Made by a program: the position numbers and the translations under genes. From contig OY969695.1 of the NCBI GenBank assembly GCA_963701965.1, forward strand, positions 1,344,001 to 1,408,000: a stretch of DNA of 64,000 nucleotides, in the 5' to 3' direction. How positions within the stretch are numbered: the stretch's first letter is position 1; each line of letters starts with the position of its first letter. This document shows positions 20,841 through 29,567 of this stretch, one piece after another. The notes under the pieces were generated by a model, which saw nothing but the letters and a program-made list of their open reading frames with translations, searched no databases and was not told where the DNA came from. Source of the stretch: an uncultured Gemmatimonadales bacterium. GTDB lineage: Bacteria > Gemmatimonadota > Gemmatimonadetes > Gemmatimonadales > Gemmatimonadaceae.

Positions 20841-22151
20841 ATGACTCGATCCCTGGCCCTTCTCGCCGCGGCGACCCTCGCCGCGTGCAGCCATTCCGCG
20901 CCCGTCACCAACTCGTCAAGCGCACCGGGTAATGTGCGCATCGGCATGGTTCGCGATGCGGCCCTGGCCGGTGCCCTCGCCGACATCTCGCCGGACCGCA
21001 TCCGCGCGACCGATTCCACCCTCGCGCACTTCGGCACGCGCCACACCATGAGCGACACGCTCTCCGACTCGCGCGGCGTCGGGGCGGCGCGCCGCTGGAT
21101 CTACGCGACGCTCTCGGCGGAGTCGCGCGAGTGCGGCGGCTGCCTCCGCATCGAGTACGATCCAGCCATGATCACGGTCCAGCGCGCGCCGCAGAAACCC
21201 ACGGTGAACGTCGTCAACGTGCTCGCCTGGCTTCCCGGGCGTGACACGACGCGCGTGATCGTGATGGGCGGGCACTACGACTCGTGCCGTTGCTCGATCA
21301 ATGGCTTCGACGGCACGAACGAGGCTCCGGGGGCCGATGACGACGGCTCGGGCACGTCGGCGGTCATGGAGATGGCGCGCGTGTTCTCGCGGCGATTCCC
21401 GAAAGGGTTCGATGCGACCGTGGTGTTCGCGATCTACGCGGGCGAGGAGCAAGGCCTCCTCGGCTCCACGCACCTGGCCGAGCGACTTCACAAGCAGGGA
21501 TATCATGTGGTGGCGGGGATGACCGACGACATCGTCGGCAACGTCACGGCCGAAGACGGCCGCGTAGACTCGACGTCGATCCGCATATTCTCCGCGGACC
21601 CGGACAATGGGCCCAGCCGCGAGCTGGGACGCTACGTGTGGGGCCTGGGCGCGATCTACGAGCCGGACTTCCAGGTGCTCCCCGTCTTTCGCACCGACCG
21701 CATTCACCGCGGCGGCGACCACATGCCCTTTGTCACCGCGGGCGACGCGGGCCTCCGGTTCACGGAGCGCCTGGAGAACTACACGCGCCAGCATCTGCCG
21801 ACGGACGATTTCGCCCACGTGAACTTCGGCTACATCGCGCGCGTCGCGCGGCTCAACGCCGCCACGGTCGGCGCGCTGGCGTCGGCGCCGGCGACGCCGG
21901 ACAGCGTAGTCGCGGCGCGCGATCGCGCGTCCGGCGGCCAGAGTTGGGAGCTGACGTGGAAGCCGGTGCGGGACGCCGCGCGCTACGAAGTGCTCATCCG
22001 CACGACGACGTCGCCGACCTATCAGCGCGTGTTCGACGCGGGCCCGACGCCGCACTTCGCCCTGGCCGACCAGCTGGACGACTACTCGGTCGGCGTCCGG
22101 TCCGTGGGCGCGGACGGCGCGCGTTCGCTCGCGGCGGCGGCCCCGCGATAG
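20841..22151 (+). CDS. M28-family metallopeptidase lipoprotein with C-terminal FN3-like domain
   Basis: Lipobox LAAC; GGHYDS, APGADDDGSG, GEEQGLLGS, RGGDH. Confidence 0.9.
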   Translation: MTRSLALLAAATLAACSHSAPVTNSSSAPGNVRIGMVRDAALAGALADISPDRIRATDSTLAHFGTRHTMSDTLSDSRGVGAARRWIYATLSAESRECGGCLRIEYDPAMITVQRAPQKPTVNVVNVLAWLPGRDTTRVIVMGGHYDSCRCSINGFDGTNEAPGADDDGSGTSAVMEMARVFSRRFPKGFDATVVFAIYAGEEQGLLGSTHLAERLHKQGYHVVAGMTDDIVGNVTAEDGRVDSTSIRIFSADPDNGPSRELGRYVWGLGAIYEPDFQVLPVFRTDRIHRGGDHMPFVTAGDAGLRFTERLENYTRQHLPTDDFAHVNFGYIARVARLNAATVGALASAPATPDSVVAARDRASGGQSWELTWKPVRDAARYEVLIRTTTSPTYQRVFDAGPTPHFALADQLDDYSVGVRSVGADGARSLAAAAPR

Positions 22152-22155
22152 GGCC

Positions 22156-22194
22156 CTCTCGATAGTTGCCTCAGGCAACTATCGAGAGTATATT
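22156..22194 (+). promoter_or_regulatory. Perfect 33-bp palindromic operator overlapping promoter TTGCCT-17-TATATT
   Basis: CTCTCGATAGTTGCCT-C-AGGCAACTATCGAGAG (22156-22188); -35 at 22166, -10 at 22189, GTG 6 nt later. Confidence 0.8.
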
Positions 22195-22200
22195 GCGGGC

Positions 22201-23145
22201 GTGTCCGCCAATGCCATTCAGGCGCTGCGCCAGTTCAATCGCTTTTACACGCGCACCATCGGCGTGCTGCAGGAAGGGCTGCTGGGGAGTCCGTTCTCGC
22301 TGACGGAGGTGCGCGTGCTCTATGAGCTCGCGCACCAGCAGGATGTCACGGCGACGACGCTCATCGAGACCCTGCGGCTGGATGCGGGTTACATGAGCCG
22401 GCTCCTCAGCGCCCTCGAGCGCCGGCGGCTCATTCGCCGGCAGCGGTCGGCGGCGGACGGCCGGCAGAGCATCATTCGGTTGACGCCGGACGGCGCCAAG
22501 ACGTTTGCGGCGCTCGACCGCCGGCAGGACGAGGAAGTGTCGGCGCTGTTGGGGGCGGTCTCTCCCGCTGATCAGGCGCGTCTGTGTCAGGCCGTGCGCA
22601 CGGTCGAGCGCGTCCTCGGCGGGCCGGACGCGTCCGCCGAGCCCGAGGCGTTTCGCATCCGATCCCACCGCCCGGGCGACATGGGGTGGGTCGTGCACCG
22701 CCACGGCGTCCTGTACGCCGAGGAGTACGGCTGGGACGAGCGGTTCGAGGCGCTGGTGGCCAAGATCGTGGCCGAGTTCATCGAGCATTTCGATCCGGCG
22801 CGCGAGCGGTGCTGGATCGCGGAGCGCGACGGTCCGGATGGTCCCGAGATGGTGGGCTCGATCTTTCTCGTGCGGCAGTCGGAGACCGTCGGAAAGCTGC
22901 GACTGCTCCTCGTGGAGCCCTCGGCACGCGGCCTGGGTGTGGCGACGAGGCTCGTGGACGATCTGCTCGCGTTCGCGCGTGAGGTCGGGTACCAGCGGAT
23001 CACGCTCTGGACGCAAAGCAATCTGGATGCCGCGCGGCGCGTCTACCAGCGCGCAGGCTTCCAGCTCGCCGGCGAGGAACCCCACCACAGCTTTGGCCAC
23101 GCCCTCGTGGCCCAAACCTGGGAGCGCGCGACTACAGCCCGCTGA
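22201..23145 (+). CDS. Bifunctional MarR-HTH / GNAT acetyltransferase
   Basis: RQFNRFYT, SLTEVRVLYEL, LDAGYMSR, DGRQ; GNAT motifs LRLLLVEPSARGLG and LWTQSNL.AAR. Confidence 0.93.
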   Translation: MSANAIQALRQFNRFYTRTIGVLQEGLLGSPFSLTEVRVLYELAHQQDVTATTLIETLRLDAGYMSRLLSALERRRLIRRQRSAADGRQSIIRLTPDGAKTFAALDRRQDEEVSALLGAVSPADQARLCQAVRTVERVLGGPDASAEPEAFRIRSHRPGDMGWVVHRHGVLYAEEYGWDERFEALVAKIVAEFIEHFDPARERCWIAERDGPDGPEMVGSIFLVRQSETVGKLRLLLVEPSARGLGVATRLVDDLLAFAREVGYQRITLWTQSNLDAARRVYQRAGFQLAGEEPHHSFGHALVAQTWERATTAR

Positions 23146-24417
23146 TATCGCTCCGGTGCACGAGGGTCGTGTCACCGAGATAGAATGAGCTGAATCCCCG
23201 ACATGTACGTACGCGCGGCGCGCTGGATGTCCGCTGCGTGCACGCGGAGGATGGCCTGCATTGATGTTTCCGCGTTTCGGTAGTCGCCCTGATAGATCTG
23301 CGCCTCTCCCAGGCTCGCGGCCTGAGCCGAACAGGATGCGGTCGATGCCAGGTCATCGGCCACGAACTCCCGTTCGTACCTCGAGACTTGGTCCGGCTGT
23401 AAGATGTTCGATTTCAGGTCGGCGACCTCCCGGCCAATGAGGATCATGACATCCCGTGGCGCTCCGGACGTCGCGTAGATGCCGCCCGTCGCAACGGCGC
23501 GCGGCATGTATGGCGCGTACGCGGAGTACGACAAGTTGTACCGACGCCGAATCTGATCGTACAGCCGGCTGCCCAGCCACATGGTCGCCACGTGGAAGGC
23601 CTGGTAATCCTTGCTGGTGACTGGAGGCCCTTGAAAGTAGCCGAGGATGGAGTTCGTCAACGTGGGTCGTTGCACCAACGTCAGCGTTGTGGCGTTCACC
23701 GCGGCCAGAGGCGGCGGCCGCCAGCTGTACGTACCAGTCGGCAGGCTCCCTAATGTCGCGGACACAGCTCGTTCGACTGTCGCGCGACTCACGTTTCCAA
23801 CGATCACCAACAGCATGCGCGACGTAACAAACTGATCGTGGGCATACTGGCGAACCGCCGCCGCCGTGAGCGTCGCGAGGGAGCGTTCGTCTCCTTTCGG
23901 GTCCAGCCCGTACGGATGCCCAGCGAACGCGGCGCTATCGGCCAGCCACTCGATCGCACCATTCGGCCCGATCCGACTCCCGCGCGCGTCGACCATCATC
24001 CGCCGGCGGACGATCGCAATCGACGTCGAATCGAGCGTTGGGTGCACCAGGCGATCGGCGAACACGTCCCAGGTCGAATCGAACTGCGCGGGCAGTGCGC
24101 GGAAACCGATCAGCGTCCAGTCGCTGGCAGCCTCCAGGACCTCTTCGCTGCCGGTGTGCGCCATAGCCTCGCTCCAGCGCGGACCGGGGAAGTGTTCGGT
24201 ACCGTATTGGCCGGCGCGCAGTGCGAGCAGCTCGATTCCCGCTGTCCGTGCCGTGAGCTGCTGCGTGCCGCCCAACAGATAGAGGTTGACGGCGACGACC
24301 GGCGCGGTCGATCTCAGAATGTTGAATCACGTGCACGCCACCGACCGTATAGTCGACCGTGGAGGTATCGACCGGCCCGGCCAAGGCACCGAAAAGGGCG
24401 AGCGACGCGAACATCAC
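23132..24417 (-). CDS. M16 (pitrilysin) family peptidase, non-catalytic subunit; +1 frameshifts at ~24318 and ~23184
   Basis: VVAVNLYLLGG, FAGHPY, MLLVIVGNV, LGSRL...IR....LSY; both shifts lie at AGAATG; coupled to the upstream gene by a GTGA overlap. Confidence 0.75.
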
Positions 24418-25360
24418 GGTTGGTCCGGATGGAGTGCCGTCACGAACTGAGCGACGTCGGATTTCAAGGCGTTCGCTGTGCCTTTTGGCGCGAGCAGACC
24501 CACGGAGGTTGGCTGGTCGGCAATGTAACGCGCGGCATATGCCGCGAGCATCTTCCCGTCGACCGTGCGCAAGTGGTCGGCGTAGCCAATGTAGTACTCG
24601 AGACTCGCCGCGCTCCACCAGAAGGCGAGCGTGCGCGCGACGTATGTAGCTTGGTCGAACTCGAGCGCCCGAGCGAGACCGCGGGCGCGCTGCGCATCGG
24701 AGACTGCCGCGTCGGTGTACCCGTCTTGGGTCGCCAGCCGACCGAGCTCCGCCCAAAGTGCGGTCAACGCGTGGGGCAAACTGTCGACCGTCGTGTGGGC
24801 GCTCAGTGTGATGGGACCTACATGGGACTGCGTGTAATAGCTCATGCGGCACGACGTGAACAGTCCGGTGTCGACCAGAATGTCGTTGGAAAGCGGATCC
24901 CGGCGTGTTCGCAATGCTGGAGAGCACATCGGCGGTGTACGTATCGTCGGTGCTTGGACCGATGCTCGGTCCCTGCCACTTCATGGTAAGCACAATGTCG
25001 CTGACATCGCCCTCCATGATCACGGCGGCGCTCTTGGTCAGTGGGCCAGTCGGCGGGGTCACAGTTCCCGCGAAAGGATCAGCTGCCCGACTCCAATGCC
25101 CGAAATGTGTGCGCGCGCTGTTAAAGACGTCGGCTGGGAGGACGTCGCCGCTGACGATGACCGCGGAGTTGTTCGGGATGTAGTACTGCTTGAAAATCTG
25201 AGTCAGGCGAGTCGTGGTGGCGGACTGAATCGATAACGCCTCGCCGATCGTGTTCTTGCGTCCCCACGACGTCGTCCAGAGTTGTCGGTCCACCCTTTGA
25301 TTGAGCTGTACCCGCGGGGCCTGGGTCCCCCAAGTGAGTCCGAGCTAGCGCGTCAGTTTG

Positions 25361-26206
25361 TCAGCGCGGGGTTCGAGGGTGGTGACTGCCAGCGCTCCAA
25401 TATCGCGCTGGGGGATTCAACCCCAAACTGGTATGGGGTCGGTGGTTGTTGTAGTCCTCGCGCCAGGCTTCCAGCTCGATCCGGGCTTCCGCGAGGGATG
25501 CGAACCAATGACGCGTGAGACACTCACGCCGCAGGCTCCCGTTGAACGCCTCGCAGACGCTGTTGTCCACCGGCTTGCCCGGCCGACTGAAGTCGAGTTG
25601 CACGCGGTTCCAGTACGCCCAGTGATCGAGCGCGGTCGACGTGAACTCGGTCCCGTTGTCGCACTGGATGACCGGGGGCAGGGTGCCGCGTCGCTCCCCC
25701 GCCTCGGTCAGCAGCCGCGCGACATCGGTCCCGCGGAACCGTCCGGCGACGGCCAGCGCGACGCACTCGCGCGTGCACACGTCCACGAGCGTGAACACCC
25801 GGACCGTCTGGCCGGTCGCCAAGACGTCGTGCATGAAGTCCATCGCCCAGCGTTCGTTCGCCCGCGTGACGACAGCCCGGGGCTGGCGCACCGTGGCCGC
25901 ACGGCGTCGGCGGCGCCGCGGCTTGAGCTGGAGCCGTTCCTCGAGGTACAGACGGCGCGTCTTCTTGTGATTGATCGGCAGCCCGTCGCGGCGCAGCATG
26001 ACGTGCAATCGCTTCACTCCAAAGCTCGGCCGCGCCAGTGCCAGCTCGTGCAGCCGCCGGCGCACGGGCGCGTCATCCGGCTTCACCGACGTGTAGCGCA
26101 CCAGTGCGCGATGGACGACCAACGCGTGACACGCCCGCCGTTCGCTGACCTGGTAGGCCGACTGCGCCCAGCCGACCGCCTCGCGCCTGTGGGCTGGGCT
26201 CACCAT
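25361..26206 (-). CDS. IS3 transposase OrfB (DDE integrase core)
   Basis: WAMDFMHD, DNGTEF, PGKPVDNSVCEAFNGSLRRECL, YNNHRPHTSLG. Confidence 0.95.
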   Translation of the reverse strand: MVSPAHRREAVGWAQSAYQVSERRACHALVVHRALVRYTSVKPDDAPVRRRLHELALARPSFGVKRLHVMLRRDGLPINHKKTRRLYLEERLQLKPRRRRRRAATVRQPRAVVTRANERWAMDFMHDVLATGQTVRVFTLVDVCTRECVALAVAGRFRGTDVARLLTEAGERRGTLPPVIQCDNGTEFTSTALDHWAYWNRVQLDFSRPGKPVDNSVCEAFNGSLRRECLTRHWFASLAEARIELEAWREDYNNHRPHTSLGLNPPARYWSAGSHHPRTPR

Positions 26207-26215
26207 TTTTTTCCC
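26200..26215 (-). other. Putative programmed -1 frameshift site joining OrfA and OrfB
   Basis: GGG-A7-TGGTGA at the orfA/orfB overlap (A7 = 26206-26212), typical of the IS3 family. Confidence 0.75.
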
Positions 26216-26466
26216 AGGGCGTCCCGGAGGATCGTCTTGTCCAGCGTGAGATCGGCGACCACCTGCTTCAATCGCCGGTTCTCTTCGCGCAGCTGCTTCA
26301 GCTCCCGGAGCTCGCTCACGTCCAGCCCCGCGTACTGCTTCTTCCAGCGATAGAACGTCGTCTCGGTCACGCCCAGCTTCCGGCAGATCTCGCCCACGAC
26401 GGTCCCGGCTTCTGCCTGCCGCAGCGCCTGCAGAATCTGCTCCGGGGTGAACTTACTCTTCCGCAT
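26200..26466 (-). CDS. IS3 transposase OrfA (HTH)
   Basis: MRKSKFTPEQI...CRKLGVTETTFYRWK...LREENRRLKQ; GGAGG SD. Confidence 0.95.
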   Translation of the reverse strand: MRKSKFTPEQILQALRQAEAGTVVGEICRKLGVTETTFYRWKKQYAGLDVSELRELKQLREENRRLKQVVADLTLDKTILRDALGKKW

Positions 26467-27085
26467 TCCTGGCCTCCTCCCGTTCGGGGAGTCTGGCCTC
26501 GAATCCCTACGCTGTCAAAACGGGACCGCCGCCGGACTCAGAATCCGGGACCCAGGCCGCGGATCCGATTCCGCGCGATGGAATCCGTCGAAGAAGACTT
26601 GTCGCTCCTGTTGGAGCTCGTCGTCGGTGAAGCGCGGGTCCCGGACCAATTCGGCGAGTGTCGTCATGACGTCATCGAAATGCTTTGACGGCGCGACGAT
26701 ATAATATGTGACGCCTTCGGTCGTGGTCCCGCCGCTGTACCGGCCGTCCATCTCCCCGACGCGCTGCTCAAAACTGCGCCCGTCGCCCTCGCGGTAGCTC
26801 TTGAAGAGCATGCGCTCGAACAGATGCGACACGCCTTCGTCGCCCTTCTCCTGGGTGAACGCGCCGGTGCGTACCGCCACGACCGCGGTGACCAGGGGCA
26901 CCGCGTGATTCTCGACGGCGATGACCTGGAGGCCGTTGGCGAGGGTGGTGTCGTGGATTGCACGCTCGAAGGCGCCACTTTGCGCGCCGAGCATCGGGGG
27001 GCACACGATGACGGCGAGTCCCGCTAGCAGACTGATCCGCATGGGGCACCAACCTAACACCGACCAGACAAAACGCAAACAACTG

Positions 27086-27916
27086 TTACGGCGATCCGAG
27101 ACGGTGGCTCGTGTCCTGGTAGTGGGCCGTCTGCGGATAGGTCTTCACACCCGCGCCGGTATAGACATTGAGCTCGCCCGATGCGTCGGCGGTATGGATA
27201 CCGGACATCCAGCGGCCCGTCGACGGCGCGAACACGTAGACGGCGGTGCCGGAGCCGCGGAGCACGGAGGCGGACCCGGGGTTGCCATTGCGCGCCAGAG
27301 TCGTGAAGGTCGTCGAGTTGGTCTCGGTCCCGCTCACGACCAGCGCGGAGGCACTGTCGATCGTCGTATCCCGCTCGGCCCGATAGTGCAAGATCGTACG
27401 GTACGCGAGGCGATCGCCGTGTATCGTCGATTGCAGGTTGATCGTATCCGACCACTCGGCGCCGACGGCCAGTGGCGCGTCGGGGAGATGCGGGAAGATC
27501 CGCGCCAGGTCCAGCTTGAAGTCGACGATCCGCGTGATGGAGTCCGGCAGCGCGGGTTCGGCCAGCACGTCCACACGGCCGCGGGCATCCATCCGCACCA
27601 CGAACGGACGGCCCAAGACCGCGGAAGCGCTGGGCTGCACGTGCCCGCGCGGCGTGAACCGGCCGGCCTCCAGGCGGTCGAGCCAGACGAGCGCCGAATC
27701 ACCGCCAAGAAAGGTCATCCCGATCGATTCGTCGGTCGCCACCGATTCCTCGACGGGACCCTGCGGCCAATCGGTGATGACGCTCACGGTCGATTGCCGC
27801 TGGTAGCGCGCGGTGTCGCCAATGTTGCGCGCGTACCCCTGCACCGTCTGTCCGGCGAGCGCGGACGGGACAGCGAGCAGCACGACGAGGGACGCAACTT
27901 TGTGATGTGGCATCAT
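27086..27916 (-). CDS. Hypothetical secreted protein
   Basis: Signal peptide VASLVVLLAVPSALAG; beta-rich; LPDAPLAVGAEWSDT motif. Confidence 0.65.
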   Translation of the reverse strand: MMPHHKVASLVVLLAVPSALAGQTVQGYARNIGDTARYQRQSTVSVITDWPQGPVEESVATDESIGMTFLGGDSALVWLDRLEAGRFTPRGHVQPSASAVLGRPFVVRMDARGRVDVLAEPALPDSITRIVDFKLDLARIFPHLPDAPLAVGAEWSDTINLQSTIHGDRLAYRTILHYRAERDTTIDSASALVVSGTETNSTTFTTLARNGNPGSASVLRGSGTAVYVFAPSTGRWMSGIHTADASGELNVYTGAGVKTYPQTAHYQDTSHRLGSP

Positions 27917-28897
27917 CCCCCTGACGATCGACGTCGCCCCCAGGCTACATGGCTGGTGGTGGTGATGCTCGCGCTCGCCCCGTGCGCCGTCCACGCCCAA
28001 TCGCTGCTCGAGCTGCGGGCCCAGGACAGCAACGGCAAGCTGGTCGTGGGGCGGGCGTTCTCCCGGTCGCCCGACGACGAATACACCAACGGCGCGCGCT
28101 TCGACGCGGTGTTCGCCGGATCGCCGCTCTGGGGAGGCCTGTTCGGCTCGCGTCTCACGCCATGCGACGGCCAGGCGGGCGACCGCGCCTGCGCCACGAC
28201 CGCGCTCTCGTTCGGTCAGGACATGTACACGCCGCGCTATTCCTTCATCACGCCATATCCGGTCTACGGCCAGCGGCCGTACGCGGGATGGCTATACGTG
28301 TCGGCCACCGCGCGATACGGCTCGGCGCGAGCGTCGAACGCGCTGACGCTGGAAGCGGGCGTCACTGGCGAGCCGTCTCTGGCGAACCAGCTCCAGAACG
28401 CCGTGCACCGCCTCTTCAACTACATCCCGACCCTCGGCTGGTCGCACCAGATCCCGTTCCAGCCGGGCTTCGACGTGACGTACACGCACGAGCAGCGCAT
28501 CGCGCACGCCACGATCGCCGGCGTTCCCGTCCTGAGCGTCACCCCGTACGTCACCGGCTCGGCCGGCAACGTACTCACCGGCGCCACGGCGGGCCTTCAG
28601 GGTCGCGTCGGATATCGCGTCGACGCCATCGGCTCGCCGTTCTCACTCTACGCGCTCGGCGGCGTCCGCGAGGATTGGGTGTGGCGCGAGCTGGTGCTCG
28701 ACGAGGGCACCAACTCGGATCCCAGCCTCAGGGTCACCAAGGTGCCTTGGGTCAACCAGAATGAGATCGGCGCCGGGATCAGGCTGTGGACGATCGAGGC
28801 CGAATATCGCATTTTCCAACGCGGCCGCGAATACGTAACCGGCCCTGCCCAACACACGTACGGGCTCATATCGCTCGGGATGCGCACACGGTGGTGA
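27905..28897 (+). CDS. LpxR-family (DUF2219) outer-membrane lipid A deacylase-like protein
   Basis: DDEYTNG, FGQDMYTP, RPYAGWLY, Q..VH, GWSHQI; C-terminal Trp. Start is uncertain (27905 or 27965). Confidence 0.82.
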   Translation: MWHHPPDDRRRPQATWLVVVMLALAPCAVHAQSLLELRAQDSNGKLVVGRAFSRSPDDEYTNGARFDAVFAGSPLWGGLFGSRLTPCDGQAGDRACATTALSFGQDMYTPRYSFITPYPVYGQRPYAGWLYVSATARYGSARASNALTLEAGVTGEPSLANQLQNAVHRLFNYIPTLGWSHQIPFQPGFDVTYTHEQRIAHATIAGVPVLSVTPYVTGSAGNVLTGATAGLQGRVGYRVDAIGSPFSLYALGGVREDWVWRELVLDEGTNSDPSLRVTKVPWVNQNEIGAGIRLWTIEAEYRIFQRGREYVTGPAQHTYGLISLGMRTRW

Positions 28898-28912
28898 TCA
28901 AATAGCCATTGG

Positions 28913-28941
28913 TTGACTAGTTATATTATAACTAGTATACT
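28913..28941 (+). promoter_or_regulatory. Sigma70 promoter TTGACT-17-TATACT containing a perfect 21-bp palindrome (PadR operator candidate)
   Basis: ACTAGTTATA-T-TATAACTAGT at 28916-28936; ATG 7 nt after the -10. Confidence 0.82.
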
Positions 28942-28948
28942 CAGGACT

Positions 28949-29560
28949 ATGAGCCCACACCGCTCGCCGCTCGCCCTGGCCGTACTGGCGCTCCTTCGCG
29001 AGTCCCCGATGCACCCCTACCGGATGCAGCTGCTGCTCCGGGAGCGGGGGAAGCACGACGTCATCAACGTCCGCCAACGGGGCAGTCTCTACCAGACCAT
29101 TTCCCGCCTGCTGCGCGAAGGACTGATCACTGTCCGCGAGACGACGCGCGAAGAAAATCGGCCCGAGCGCACGGTCTACGCGCTCACCGAGGCGGGGCGC
29201 GAGACAGCGGAGACCTGGATGCGCGAGATGCTGTCGACTCCCAAGCAGGAGTTTCCCGATTTTCCGGCGGCGATCTCATTCCTGCCTCTGCTCACGCCCG
29301 AGGACGCCCGGCGGGCGCTGGAAGCGCGCGTCATCGCGCTCTCGGGCGAGCTCGCCCGTATCGATTCGGAGCTTCCGCTCATCGGACAAAGCGTGCCCCG
29401 TCTCTTCTTGCTGGAGGTGGAATATGTGCGCGCGATGCTGGCGACGGAGTTGGAGTGGGTTCGACGCGTGATCGACGACTTGCGCAGCAAACAGCTCACG
29501 TGGAGCGAAGCGTGGCTGCGCGATGTCGCCGACAAACTCACTGGACCATCCACCGAGTAG
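28949..29560 (+). CDS. PadR-family transcriptional regulator
   Basis: LALAVLALL..PMHPY, GSLYQTI.RL...GLI, RPERTVYALTEAGR. Confidence 0.92.
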   Translation: MSPHRSPLALAVLALLRESPMHPYRMQLLLRERGKHDVINVRQRGSLYQTISRLLREGLITVRETTREENRPERTVYALTEAGRETAETWMREMLSTPKQEFPDFPAAISFLPLLTPEDARRALEARVIALSGELARIDSELPLIGQSVPRLFLLEVEYVRAMLATELEWVRRVIDDLRSKQLTWSEAWLRDVADKLTGPSTE

Positions 29561-29567
29561 GTCATCC

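Larger units (their letters stand above)
25318..26558 (-). mobile_element. IS3-family insertion sequence (IS407-like), 1241 bp, 4-bp target duplication GCGG
   Basis: Imperfect IRs GGCCTGGGTCCC-N5/6-TGAGTCCG at 25318-25342 and 26533-26558; GCGG at 25314-25317 and 26559-26562; orfA and orfB inside. Confidence 0.93.
24414..27042 (-). pseudogene. M16-family zinc peptidase interrupted by an IS3 element; extra frameshift at ~24879; HxxEH reads HLFER
   Basis: TLANGLQV, G.SHLFERMLF, YYIPNN..VIVSGD. Removing the IS and one GCGG restores ...ESDPRVQLNQRVDRQLW. Confidence 0.85.
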
